Both the position numbers and the translations under genes were made by a program. A stretch of 64,000 nt of DNA from the human T2T-CHM13v2.0 reference genome, Homo sapiens, in NCBI RefSeq assembly GCF_009914755.1, contig NC_060931.1, one strand, 5' to 3'. Every line of letters begins with the position of its first letter. Within the stretch, counting starts at the first letter, position 1. Shown here one piece after another: positions 12,813 to 26,580 of this stretch. Below the pieces are notes generated by a model. The model did not search any database, had not been told where the DNA came from, and worked only from the letters and a program-made list of their open reading frames with translations.

Positions 12813-15409
12813 AAGAAAAACAGACCAAGATATTAGCAGGAAAGGGACTGAATTTCCAAGCAAATTGGGAGTCAGTGCAAGAGTAATATCGGCTCAATGG
12901 CCAACAACAATTAGATGGTTTTCAGCAGATGGGGGCTAGCTGGCATCATACGCAAGAGCATCAGTCTCAGCCAGATGGGAACTTTGAGGTTCCTGTGATT
13001 AGCTTGGTAATTCTAAGAGGAACTGCAGACCACTTGCCATAGGTAAGATGCTTCCTCCATCCTGCTCAAAGCCCTCCCACCCTTCACCACCACCAAACAC
13101 CATATCTGCTCCTCATGTGGAATCTAGGGCCCTCCACAATTGAAAGTCAGCCTTCAAGAAGTGCCTCCTGTGATGCTGGTGCACAGACCCCTGGGCCCTT
13201 TCTGTTTGCTGTTCAAGTCTCGAGACTGCCTGTGCCCTCCCGCAGCTGTGCTCTTGCCGCTGCCGTTCTCACCACCCGATAGCTCCTTCCCAGACTTTCA
13301 GGCCGTCAAAATCCTCACCTTCCTTTAAAATTCTCTGGTTCACATCAGCTTTGTAAGTATATCCTGAGCAAGTATTAAGTGATCTTGATGATTTTTTTGA
13401 GTCTTCCAGCTATGCCTTTGAACACGTTTTCCTGTCTCTATCTTTTTCATCTTGAAAATCCACATTCGCTGCTGCCTTTTTTCTGATCACCTGTTCGGTC
13501 CTTACCTCCTTTCCATCTGGCTTCTTCTGTCTATCGATTGCTCTCACAAGGTCTCTGCTCAGCCACTAATTGCCACAAGTTCCAGGAAGAGGCAGAGCCG
13601 GGGCCAGGCCAGGAGGCAGAAGCCACTCGGGGGACTGGGGGGCCATGCCGGGGGCAGTTTGGTCCAACAAAGAAGCGCTTGAAGGAAAATAATGGAAAAT
13701 CAGTTCTGAAAGGTAGATTGAGATAAGTAGAGCTGTATAAACGTTGTGACATAGATAATTGTGAATAATATTCCACTGTCTAGCCCTAGAACAATTTGGC
13801 TGTCCAGTGGAAAAACCTTACCAGCAAGGTGGTTTCTTGAAGAAAAGGAAGTTTGCCACACAGAAAGCTCCAACTGGTTCTAAGCAAAGGGTAGCACCTG
13901 CACCAAGTATCAGGGCATGAACCTGCCTCCTGGGTTGTCCCGGCCTTAATCGTACTTCATTTTGATCAGATGGCTTGCAGGGTTGCTGCTCACAGCCTAT
14001 TTCTACTATCTATACGTCCACATTTGAAAGCCACCTCCAAGCACACACCGTGCACGCCCTGTGGAGAGGAAGCATTTGCATTTCTACCCCTCAGATAACT
14101 GCTGCTGCCCAGTTCATGTTTCAAGTATGAGTTCCTTCATTCTATCACCAGGCTTAAGATCCCTTTGGTAGATGAACTGGATGTTTACATCCATTATTGC
14201 TGGACGGCCACAGAACCGATTCTCGCAGCATGGCTGTAGTTGTGAACCTTCTCCAGGATTCTCTACCACGGACTCTGTTCTTGCCTCTCACCGTCCACGC
14301 CCAGGTGACCGTGTCATCCCCACGGTGAGTGGGTGCCCTCCTTCACCCTCAGAAGCCACCCTGCCCCAACGTCAGCCCTGCCTTAGAAAAAGGACCACAG
14401 ACCTCTCCATCTGGAAAGACAAAGAGACCACACAGGATGAATCCACACCAATCCACGACCAGTCGTCCACTGTGGAGAGCTCTCCAGGCCACCTGCCACC
14501 AAGGGCTTTCAATAGCAGTCAGGAGCCAGATGCATGAGGCTCGGAGTGGCTTTGATGAGATCTTCAATCACCGGTTGACCACACAGGCCACAGTGCTGTG
14601 GTAGAGACCCTCCCTACTCCAGGGGCCACTGATGTAGGGTTACCTAGAATTTAGGCAGAGCTGGGTAGAAATTTAAAAAGGGGAAAAAAAACTCTTTATT
14701 GCAAAAGTTTTAGAAAGGGAGGCTGCTGAAAGGATGTTGATTCTTCTTAAGAAAACTTTCTGCACATCATCTTTGCATTTTTGTGCTAATTTCTACTGCA
14801 ATTTATTTTCTCATCCCAGCAAGTAGCAATTTCAGGTGACGTGACAGTTTATGAATGTTACAAACATTATTTCTTTTTAAAAAAAATCTCTTGAAATCAG
14901 ACTTGGCAATCCAGATACATTTTCCCATTCAGTATGAGTGGGAGCATTTTATTAGCCATAATCAAGTTTTCCTTTTCATGACAAGAAAGCTTACAGAGAC
15001 CTGGGAACCACTCATATACCACGGGGTTTCTCTGCAATTCATGTAACTGAGGAATCAAACCCACATCTGCGCCTCCTCTGGCCTTACTTATTGTCAGAGA
15101 GTTCCTCTCTTGTCCTGTCAGTTAGAGCACCAGTAGGAACTGAGCTGTGTATAGTCAGCTGCTAGCCTGAGATTCTGACAAATCTTTACAAAAATACATA
15201 GGCTTCTATGGCCCTCTCCTTCATCACAAGTTAAACCCACATGAAATAATGTATTATGAGACTTTGCAAAGAAGAATGCAATTCATCTTACTGAGAAAGC
15301 AAAACCCTGCCAGGTTGATTTCTTTCTCAGTAGCTTCGTGACAATTTCAAGGAAGCCACTGTACCAGCACTTCATTTCCCTAAAATAGGTTATGACTCTT
15401 CTTTCCCTC

Positions 15410-16810
15410 ATGCGTTCGGCTCAGTTCCTGAGTGGCTGCCGTATGCCAGGCAACGAACTGGGTGCTTGGGATCGATGCTTTTGAGGGGCTTGTGTTGGAG
15501 GGAGAGAGAGGTACTCAGGAGGACTGTCCTTCACTGTGACAATGCTGGGATAGAGACATGCTCTGGGGCCTGGAGGACCCAAGGAATTCCACATCCATGT
15601 GCCAGGGACTTTGTTGGAACCAACGATAAGTATGCATTTGCATGAAGAGGCATCGTGCTAGACCTGGGGAGTGACAGACACACATGAAGTCTTTACCCAA
15701 CAACCGATCATGGGGTCATACCATTGGGAGCCTGGAAGCTGCTGGAAGCCCAGGAGCTCACCATCTCCCTTCCCAGTAGCAAAGCCACCACCCATTTTAC
15801 AGATGAGAATATTAAGACACTCGTTACGTCTCACGCGAGGGCACACAGCTGATCAGGAGCTGAGCCCACACAAGAGCCAGAGTTCCTCCCACATCCGCAC
15901 ACCCCAGGGCCTGTGAACAGCGCTCTGCCCTCTCCTGTGCACAGGGAAACACCAACATTTTTGCTGACACAGTCCCAGAAATCTCCTCCACAGACCTAAG
16001 TGTGTTGAACCCTAGTGACGTCCTAGACACAAGAGGGCACTGCAGTACTGCACATTTGTGCTTCTCCTCGCAGGACCGTGATGGGTTCTGCAAGTGACTG
16101 GTAACTTCCCAGGGAATGGTGTTGCCTCCAACATGTAAACCACACACCACATCGCCACTGCCACAACTGACAATGTCAAGACTACCCTGTGGGGACACAG
16201 AGAATCGAGCCCTCCAGTTCGAGAAGTCTTTCTTTGGGACCCAATATTTGGCAGATGCCAGGCAGAATGCTGAGTTTGTGGAGATGAGGACAGAGGCCCT
16301 GCCCTCAAGTAGCCTGAAGTCTAGGAAAATGAATCCCATTGGGAAACCAGTCAAGGGACCCAAGCTTGGGGAAGGGACTAGCACGTGCTGAGACCTCTGC
16401 TAAGTGGAGGCATCTCACTCACGCCATGCAAGCAGCCTGGGCTCCGATGCACACAGGAGCAGTGCAGAAGAGTGAGGGTCCCGGGGTCCCAGTGCCCTGC
16501 CAGCATATTGTCGTAGAGACAGGCACACACAGCCAGCAGGAGGACAGTCAAAGGCAGAGGATGGGATGGCAAGGTGTTTAAGAAAGACCATAAGGGCTGT
16601 AGGAAGCCAAGAAAAGGAGTGTTTGGTAACTGGTAAAAATGGGGTGTGGGGAGGAAAAGGCAGACAACCCCTCATCGAGAAGGAGCAAGAAGTGACTTCT
16701 GTGTGCCTTGGCTGCCTCATCTACAAATTTGGGATAGTAGTACCAGCCTTGTACGGCTGACGAAGTGTAAATTATTTATTATCTGAAACACTCAGAGCAG
16801 GACCTGTTGC
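15410..16810. mobile_element. Cluster of L2 (-) and MIR fragments
   Basis: MIR core cccattttacagatgag near 15791 (-); L2 pieces near 15410-15600 and 16235-16480; MIR (+) near 16690-16810. Confidence 0.55.
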
Positions 16811-17454
16811 TGGTAGACGGTGGTGATGCTGGAGGGGATGCTGACATTGATGCTGATGTCATCCGTCATTGTAGCTCCGACTCTGACTCCGTATCTCAGA
16901 GGTGGGGGGCTCTGGTCATTTGCACCAATTTCCTGTCATATGGGGAGAATTCACCTCTTGTTTCCGATGCCTGGCAACATAAATTCACATAGCCACCAGT
17001 TAATAGCAGCTGATGAGTTTCCATTCTGTGCAAAAAATTACACTAAAATGACCAAAGATTCTCATAGACAAAGGAAATTTAAGGACAAAGGAAAATTATG
17101 TGGACAAAGGAGTTTTATTTTCTTTCTGGGTACAAGAGTTGGTGGTGGCCTTAGCAGAACTGGATATGGAAGGCCTGGGCTAGGCCTGGATGGTCCCGGG
17201 GCTGCACGGATGTAGCTCATCTTCACGCAGACAAGAATAAGGACGCCTGTCCTCTGAGTACTCACTGCCCAGTGAGGTCATCAGCACCGTTTCCAAACAG
17301 AAACAAGATGAAGAAACAACTCAATGATGAGTTGTGCCTTGCCAGGGTGGGCGGACACTCAGCCTCCCCTAGCTCATAAGCTAGCATCTGTCTCTGTCTC
17401 CCTAGAAATCCCAGCTGCCACTGAGGAATATTTACACTATTAACAACAGCTCCC

Positions 17455-17780
<326 letters not shown>

Positions 17781-18356
17781 CCAGCTCCCATTTATTTCGC
17801 TCTAATAATGGCCAAGAACTGCAAAGAGCATCTATGTCACTTACCTTTTAGAAACGACACTATTGTTCACATTTCACATGTGAGAAGAGGGAGACTCGGA
17901 GACTAGGGTTGCACGGTGGTGAGCAGAAGCGCTAAAGCGTAAAGTGCAAGACCTTCACTAGACCCTGCCTCTTCCGCTGCTGTGGGATCGTGATGTTCAC
18001 GGCAAAGAAGTAAAGTTGAATGTATTCATTGCAGAAATGATTATCATTTGTGGGCCAGCGACTGGAAGAGCCCCTTTTCTCTTGATGTGATTTGGGGCCA
18101 GTTGTCTACGGTCTGAGAAAGACTCTAGGAGACACTGCCGCAGGGCACCCCTGCCCTGCAAAGGTTTGTTGTGATAGTGACTGCTTCTGTGCCGTATTTC
18201 GCTGGCTTGGGGGTGTCTGAAAATACAGTCTAAGTATGATATGTAAGGGAAAGGGAGAATGAGAATGACTTAGACGTATAGGGTCAGTGTGCACCAAATG
18301 GAGCTCTTCTGACATCACCTTAGAGCAGTGGACCCTAAGACCTACCTCTAGCTCCC

Positions 18357-18730
18357 TTTTGTGACTTATTTCCCCAAAAAATGTGTTAAAGTCCTAATGC
18401 CCAGGAAATAGGATCATTGTAGATGTAACTAATTAAAGTGAGGCCATACTGGAGTAGGATGGACCCCGGATCTGATACGAGGGGTGGCCTTCCAAGAAGA
18501 GGAGAAGAGACAGACACGGGAGGCAGACGCTGCTGTGCGACGTCAGAGGCAGGGAAAGGAAGGACAAGCCGCGGACTGATGGCCCCCACCAGAAGCTGAA
18601 AGAGCTGCCGCCCTGCCCCCACCTTCATCTCGGACTTCTGGCCTCCAGACCTGTGAGACAATCTATTTCTGTTGTTTTAAGCTGCCCGGTCTGTGGGACC
18701 TTGTTAGGACAGCCTTAGGAAACTGATCCA
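18357..18730 (+). mobile_element. MLT1B/C MaLR solo LTR
   Basis: Contains gaggccatactggagtagg and ggacttctggcctccagacctgtgagacaat, ends ggaaactgatcca. Confidence 0.85.
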
Positions 18731-18832
18731 GTCCCCAGGTACCTACTCCTCCAAATCCTTCTTCAACCACCTACAATCCTCTCTGACTTAAGGCCAGCTG
18801 ACAAGGAGCTTGCTTTAAATCACTACCTTGGA

Positions 18833-19001
18833 GCAGTGGACCCCAAAGTGTTTTGGTGGCTGGATTTTGTTAGAGACACACATTCTCAGGCCCCAATCAC
18901 AAACCCATGGAGTCAGAAACACAGGGCTGGTGCCCACCCGTGTCCACTTTAACAAGCCATCCGGGTGATTCAGATGCAGTTCAGAGGCTGAGAGCCCAGA
19001 G
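18833..19001. mobile_element. MER5A (hAT-Charlie MITE)
   Basis: cagtgg..ccaaagtg start; tttaacaagccatccgggtgattcagatgca. Confidence 0.75.
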
Positions 19002-19012
19002 TGTACAAAATG

Positions 19013-19157
19013 CCCATTCTTTGCTTCCAAGGCACACTTTTCCTATTTTCATTTTCTGAAATCAGAATGCCTCTTAGGCAATCTCTGTAAAATCTTATGA
19101 TTAATAAATCAGTGGTTCATCTTACAGCTGGGGGTGTCTCAGAATCAATGAAAAGGA
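19013..19157. mobile_element. MER104-like TcMar MITE
   Basis: aaggcacactttt...tctgaaatcagaatgcctctta...tctcagaatcaatgaaa, with degenerate terminal inverted repeats. Confidence 0.55.
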
Positions 19158-19962
19158 AGGAATACAACCTCCACCTGATATGCCTGTGAGTGCTGCTTTG
19201 TTTAAGAAAGCGGCTTCTGATGGTGGAAAGGATTCCTGTGATTTTAAAGCGGTTTGTGTCCCAGCAGTGGGCCCTGTAATGAGCACCTCAGGCACACTAT
19301 GACCTTCAGGAATGTTCCTCCGAGGCTCCCAAACCTTCCGCTCATTTCTGATGCACCAAAGCTGGCCTGAGGCCTAATCTCTGGGTCCCACTTCTGTTTA
19401 ATTACCGCGAGCCTTGTTTCTGCTGCCTGCCTGCCCGCCGCCTGCCGCCCGGCTTTCAGAAGCATCTCTGATTCTGGAGGCTTCACTTCGAAGATGCAGC
19501 CCCTTGCATGGAGGGGAGGCCCCTGGCTGGGGGAAATATGCATTTGGTCGACGTGTTTTCTTCTCTCTCTTCTGCCAGTATTTTCTTCTGAAGCACACAG
19601 CACTGCCTCACCCATGCCCAACCCACCTGGGGAGCTGAGCCTCCAGATAAAAATAGTGTGCAGTTTGGAGGCTGGTGTTTTTGAGATCGAACAGCTGTTC
19701 TGTCGCACTTTCACAACACGGTTATTAAAGCAGGAGAGAAGTAATTAAAATTGTCACTTGTGCGGCTGTTCGAATTATATTTCCACTTCCTCTCCACAGA
19801 GCATTCATTATGTGTTACAAAAATATTTCATTGTGGTGTTTTACATCATTAATTTTGTTTAAATTATTCTTAATTGCTCACTGACATGACAAAAAATGAG
19901 GAGGAAATTGGGAGGAAGAGATTTTATTTTAACAACAAAAAAACTGGAAAGGGTGAATTTTA

Positions 19963-20274
19963 TTTATTTTGATTTTGATTTCACCTCTTTTCGAGATGAG
20001 TTTCGCTCTTGTCACCCAGGCTGGAGTGCAATGGCGTGACCTAAGCTCACTGAAACGTCCACCTCCCCAGTTCAAGTGATCCTCCTGCCTCAGCCTCCCA
20101 AGTAGCTGGGATTACAGGTGCCTGCCACCACGCCCAGCTAATTTTTGTATTTTTAGTAGAGACAGGGTTTCATCATGTTGGCCAGGCTGGTCTCGAACTC
20201 CTGACCTCAGGCGATCTGCCAGCCTCGGCCTCCCAAAGTGCTGGGATTACAGGAGTGAGCCACTGCACCCAGCC
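19963..20274 (-). mobile_element. AluS
   Basis: Full dimer; TGAATTTTA TSD. Confidence 0.93.
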
Positions 20275-20321
20275 TGAATTTTAGTAATGAGTCCTGGGCT
20301 GGTGTGGGCATGTCTGTGGCC

Positions 20322-20728
20322 AACATGCACGTACACATGCACTCACACATGTGTGCTTATTCACACACCTGCATGCACACACACACATGCATGCAGGCAC
20401 ATTCACACATGCATGCACACACATGCACACAAACACATGCATACACAGATGCATGCATGCATAACGCACATTCACACATGCACACACATGCACACACACA
20501 CGCATGCATAAGGCACAGTCACACATGCACACACATGCACACACATGCAGGCACATTCACATGCATGCACACATGCACACAAACACATGCACACACATGC
20601 ATAACATGCACACATGCACACATGCATGCATACAGGCACATTCACACATGCACGCACACATGCATACATGCATGTTCACACGTGTATGCATACAGACACA
20701 TTCACGTGCATGCACGCACACACACGTG
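20322..20728. repeat. (CA)n/(CATG)n compound purine-pyrimidine repeat
   Basis: Direct reading. Confidence 0.95.
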
Positions 20729-22379
20729 GGATGTGCATTTGGGATGGGCTGGAATTGAGCGCCCAGGAGCCACAGTTCATCCCACTGCTGAGCCAGCTCT
20801 GGGGGTGGGGGCAGGTAGAGTGTGGGTACCAGCATGGGAGTATTTTTCTGTCCCTGGGCCAGTGACAGAATTTGTGGCAATTTCTGGTGGGCGAGGCGCT
20901 CTTCCTTGTTACTTTTTCCTCAGTTGGTCTTGTATAGTGTGGCCCTTTATCTTCTGAAAGAATGAGACTTTGTGTTCCGCTTTCAACTTAAACCTGACAA
21001 AATCTCTGTATTTCTTTCACTTCCACAGCTGGTATGGAGGGAAAACTAAACCACGTTTACTCTATTAGTATGAGTATCATTGCTCATTTCTTTCCTTTCC
21101 CCAGTGTTGGTGAGGTTTTCTAGAACAATGATTAGCCAAGACCCAACATCTGTGTTCATTTCTTTTTTCTCACTTCCTTTTCTATCATTTCCATTTCAAA
21201 GCAAAGAAAATAAGACTCTTATATTCACATTCCCCCAAGCGATCTTACATTTTTTTAAAAATTGTTCATTTAGTTTAAAAACTGAGTAGGCAGCGTCTCC
21301 ACTTGCAGGGCACTCCAGGGACCCAGCAGCCACGTTAGGATGCTTCTCGGGTCCTGAGGTTTGGTTGGTGGCACTCCGTGTTCACGAGGACAGGAATACA
21401 AGGAGAAAACAGTAAGCATAATGACAGCAGTAAAATAATTCTTAAATAATTCATGGAACTAAGAGCTTCCAGCTAGACGATGTCAGGAATGTTTTTAGAT
21501 TCACAGAATGTTAGAGCAGAAAGAAGTTCCAAGATCCGCTAATCCAAATGTTTTCAAACTTGTTTTAAGCCACAGAGCCCCTTCTTCAAAAGGAAACTTA
21601 CTGGGAAGCCCAATATGGAAATAGCGGCTTCTCAAGAGACTCTGGGGACTCGCTTTGAAGATCTCTGATCGGGTTCCATTGCCACATTTTGCAGATTAAA
21701 GAAATGTGGGGCCAAAAAGGTTAAGTAATAAGAAAAGTCTGCTTGCAGGAAATAAAAACAAATTGCACCAAGAGCCACCGTGGAATAGCACAGAACGTGT
21801 ACGTGGCTTATGTAAGTAGGTATTTGCAGGGGCTTCTGTGCAAGATGCCCAGGACCGCAGCGGGATGCCTTCGGGAGCAGAGATGGGATGGAAAAGCCGG
21901 GCAGACTCTGGAAGGCAGCCAGGGTGCTGGCCCCTAAGGACGCACGTGCAAGACCGGATAACGGGAGGCTTTGTGTGTGCACCTGGAGAACAGAGGTGCC
22001 TCCTTATAAGTGACCTCCCTGGACTTTAAACATCTCACAAAATGTGGAGCCAGTTCTCAGGACAACAGCACATCTGGTTGGCCGGTGGGTCCCTCGAGGA
22101 AAAGAGGATGGAAGACTGGCGCGCAGGAATGCCAGTGGCTCATACCTAAGAACAAGTGTTAAGAACAGACCAGTTTTCATCGTGAACAGGGTTTCAGTAA
22201 AAGAATACTCCTGTTGTTGGGGCTTCTTATCTTTCTTGAAGGGTCTTCCACTAACCCTCACCAACCAACCATCTCACCATATGCCCATTCGTCCACAGAG
22301 CCCCAGGCAACAGAGTGAATGGATGTTAATAGCTCCTTGATTAAATAGTAATAAGAACAAGAAATACAGATAAGAATGC

Positions 22380-23330
22380 AAATAATAACAATACTAGACA
22401 CACCTACTGAAGGGTTAGGAGGGCATGGCACATTCTAAGCATTTGATGTGTGTTACTATGTGATGCTCAGAACAGCTCTTTAAGATGAGTGGTGGTATCA
22501 TTCCCATTTCACATATGAAGAAACTACAGAGCAGCTGATTCAAGTAACTTGCCCAAGTCTACTGAGCTAGCTAGTGGTGCAGCCAACACTGAACACTCAG
22601 GTTTACTTTTACTTTGTGATAAAGACATAGACTCACACAGGGAGCAAACGGAGCCCAGTGGAGCCCAGTAGAGGACTGAGTCTGTGGCCAAAGTGCCTGG
22701 CTTCCAGTGCTGGCGTTACCACTTACAGTTCTGTGCCTGTTTATTCCTCTGTGAAATGGGGACGTAGCGCCTCTTGCCTGGGGCTACGTTAAGGAATGAA
22801 TGAGTTTGTGCATGTAATGCACTGGGACACTGTGGACATGATGAGCGGGGCGGGATTGTTAACCGTTGTTGTTGCCATTACTGTTATTACGGTGGTGCCA
22901 CAGAGGAGGGAGGAGGCAGAGAGCCATCACAGAGAAGATGCTGGGGCTGAATCTTGAACACTATGTAGAGGTTTAGCAGGAAGACTGGGAGGGAAGAGCG
23001 GGTGCTCAGGCAAAGAACAGCACAGCCCCCACGCAGGAACGAGGAGTCCAGAATGCTGGGCCACAGTGTGTGATAGGTCAGGTCTACAGAGGTCTTGTAT
23101 TTCACGTCAAGAGTTTAAACCTAAGTGGAAATAACTGGAGGTCCCAGTCAGAGGAGTGCCACATCACAACTCTTTGTAAACCCTCGGGCAGGAGAGTGGG
23201 GGACAGCGCTGAGGACATTAGCATGGAGATGGGAGGTATTTAGCAGGCACAGTGAGAGGAACTAATGAGGAATCAAGGGTGGAGGTTAAGAGAGGCCAGA
23301 GCGTGGAACGACTTCCATTCAAAAAACGGG
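22380..23330. mobile_element. MIR(-), MIR(+) and L2(-) fragments
   Basis: MIR cores cccatttcacatatgaagaaact (-) and cctctgtgaaatgggg (+), followed by L2-like sequence. Confidence 0.6.
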
Positions 23331-24525
23331 GTTTGCTTGCGCTACATCCTCGAGTCCAAAAAGAAAAGCAGGTGATTTTGTATCACAGGTAGCGCCCACC
23401 AAGTGTCTGAAGCTTTATGGGTCAGCCCACCTGGTCATCCCCATTGCTTGCAGGTAGTGACATCTCCCACCTTACAGATAGCTGAGAATGGAAGTCGCTA
23501 CCCTCAGGACACACACCCAGCAGGTGGCCATGGCGAGGTGCCACCCACATTCCTCCATTCTGCTGTCACACGGTGGACCAACCATCAGGGGCTAAAGAGG
23601 AGGATGGGCAGCAACCTCAGCCTCCATGCAGACTGAGGAATCCACAGGAAGCGGAAACCTTTCCAGTCTCCTCCTCACTACAGTGACCTGTCCCGTGTCC
23701 AGGTCTGATCAGATGTGAAAGCAAAGATGGACTCCCATGTACTCCATGCTCACTGTGTTGATGAAAAGGAGCCTGAGTTTCCCAACACACCATAATTTGT
23801 ACACGCAAGCGTTGTCTCGGGAAGCTGAGCATTTATTCCCATGATGAGCATGTGCTCGGAAGTTTTTAGATTTCCTCTTGTAAAACTGTTTTTACGTTCC
23901 AGACTCATACGGAATATACAACTTTTTACTTCTTAGTATGCTTAACTGCTGGCAGCGTTACCTAAACATGAATTTTATCATACCTTCATTACCAAACTTC
24001 ATTTCAATGATCTTGTGCACTTTTTCAAAAGCAAAGCTAACCTCTAACACAGGTAGCTGGCGATTTAGAGGCTATTCTAGAGAATGCGCCGCCAACTCTG
24101 AACTGACTCTGCCAAGTGTTCACCTTCCCAGGGAATGTGCACCACCCGCGAGTTATCCACCCATTCATCCTATCGGCGACTGTCAATTGGCGACTTGCTG
24201 TTAACGAGTCAATGTACGTTTTCCTAGGTGGGATGCAAAGTTGTACAAAATAGATTCCTATGTTCCAAGTACAGTTGAAGAGATAAGACATAACTAGATC
24301 ACTAGAAATCAAATCAGAACTTAATTGCTCGGATCGAAAGTCATTGCAGAACTTTGAGTTACAACATGGCAGACTGTGCTCAGTGCTATGACAATCTGAG
24401 GGCGAGGGTCATACCAGGAGCTGCGAGAAGTATGCTGAGAAGGCCGGGAAGTGGGGCCAGACACTCCATCCACAGTCTAGCTGTGGGCTCAGTCGGGGCG
24501 AACGAAACAGCCAGTGGGCGCTGTA

Positions 24526-24640
24526 CCTTTCCCCTGCAGGCTTTTGCCCACCCCTCCAAGCAGGCTTTGCCCCTCCAAGCAGGCTTTGCCCCCCTGTAGC
24601 CTTTGCCCCCCTGTAGCCTTTGCCCCGCTGCAGGCTTGCC
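24526..24640. repeat. Short tandem repeat of ~18-22 bp (GGCTTTGCCCC core)
   Basis: About six visible copies. Confidence 0.85.
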
Positions 24641-26400
24641 TCAGCGCACAAAACTGAAATACTAAGTTCCTTCTTTCATACTTGGAATTCTGTGAATCAT
24701 GTAAAACACCTGAAAACGTCACTCCAAGGGGCATAAAACTGATGCTGTGAGTTCAATGCAGATAATTCCTAACCCCTAAGGCTTTTACAAATCAACTACC
24801 CAAAGGTACGAGCTGAATTTTGGGAATGTACTGAGAACCTTCTCTTTTCTTCTTTTTTTTATGATTGGGAAGGTTTCCCTTATTCAAAATGCCTATCATG
24901 AGCCCTGAGTGTCACTAGTAATTTCTAGAGCAAGAGGTTCCCTGTGACTATAAAAAGTCAACGTGCCATTGCCTCCCCATCTTTTGTGAGCGTGTAAAAC
25001 AACCCATCCATTTCCACGGCCCCCCTCGAGCCGCGCTCCTCGGACTGCTGTATGGGAAATAGGATCACTTTCAAGTTCCCTGGACACATAAAATTGGATT
25101 GAAGCAAAACTAAATGCTGTGGGGCACGGAGTGGAGGGGGTGGGGACAGCCTCAATCCCAGGTTTGATGTCAGCGATAACAAGGTTTCCAAATCAAACGG
25201 CAACAAAACCTGTCGGCAGTGTTGACTAGGAAATGCTGTCCTCGGAACAAATATTTTAATTATCCGCAGTAGTTCTGGTAGCTTGGCTAGCTCCCTGTTT
25301 ATTAGTATGATAATATCACCTCAATGTATAAACTTTATGCATCAGGCATGCATAATGCATGAACGGGCAAATAAAGAGATCTGGAGCCTGTTCGCAGCGG
25401 GCCATGCCAATTATCTCGCTCGGCCAGAGCCTGCCTCTGCTCACAGCTGTTCTTTGAAACCATTCACCAATGCTTAAGAGATATCAGTGGTGCCAGCCAG
25501 GCTGTTTGAATCTCCATTGTTTACATACTAGGAGTTTAGCTGCTGGTTGGAAATTATCTGTCACATAAACATCCTCTGAGGATACAGACGAGAGGAAGGG
25601 AGACAAGCCCTGTCTTTATGAATTTTTTTTATTTATTCTGATGACTTTTTTCTTTTACAGTTTTGTGTCCTTTTTAATTACTTCGTTTTCCTCTGGAATT
25701 GTCACATTTCTCCCTCCAGTTGAGCAGGTGAAAACTAATGCTCTAAAATGCCTGGGGCTGCAAACCAGAGACACAGAAATAAATATTTTCTGTTCACAAG
25801 TCTGTTGTGTAATTCAAAGCTTTTCTTTTGGTAATCTGATTTTTTTTTTATTTTTGTCCCTCTGGTCACAGGATCTTTACAGGGCAAAAACGACCTTATA
25901 TGTGGGTTGTGAATTCACTTGCTTCCATTTGTTTATTTTCCCTTCCAGGAACAATATAAATTTTGAAAGTCAGATATTGAACTTGAGCCAAAATAGTGTG
26001 TGTCACCAACCAAAGTTTTTAAAGGGCCAAATGTTGTTTTTATTGCGGTTATCTCTTCGTAAGCAAAGGCTGAGCAGATACCATCAGTTTTCTGCTATCA
26101 GCAGGCGTGCCATTGTATATTTCAGTTTGAACATCAGGGCTGTTGTTGCATGCTCCAAGGCTGCACCAGCCACGAGGCAGGCTTATTTATCAAGGACTTA
26201 GGAAATATGAGGACCAGGCAGAGAGAATCCTAGTGAACACGTTTTTGCTGATGCATATGTTCACGTGAATTTGGGAACACGCACATAAGAGTGTGTCATT
26301 AGACAAATGCATAGAGAATCAGATATCTAATATTTGACCTGAACCAGGAAGGAACTCACAATGAAATATGATTGTATGCTTTCATTTAAAAGCGTATCCT

Positions 26401-26580
26401 AAATACAAAAATTAGCCAGGCGTGGTGGCGCATGCCTGGAGTCCCAGCTACTTGGAAGGTTGAGGTGGGAGGATCACTTGAGCCCGGGAAGTAGAGGTTG
26501 CAGTGAGCCCAGATAGTGCCAATGTACTCCAGCCTGGGCAACAGAGCGAGACCTTGTCTTAAATAAATAAATATATAAAT
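26401..26580 (+). mobile_element. Alu right arm only (5'-truncated AluJ or FRAM-like)
   Basis: Starts at the A-rich linker; flanks AGCGTATCCTA / AGCATATCCTA form a TSD. Confidence 0.88.
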
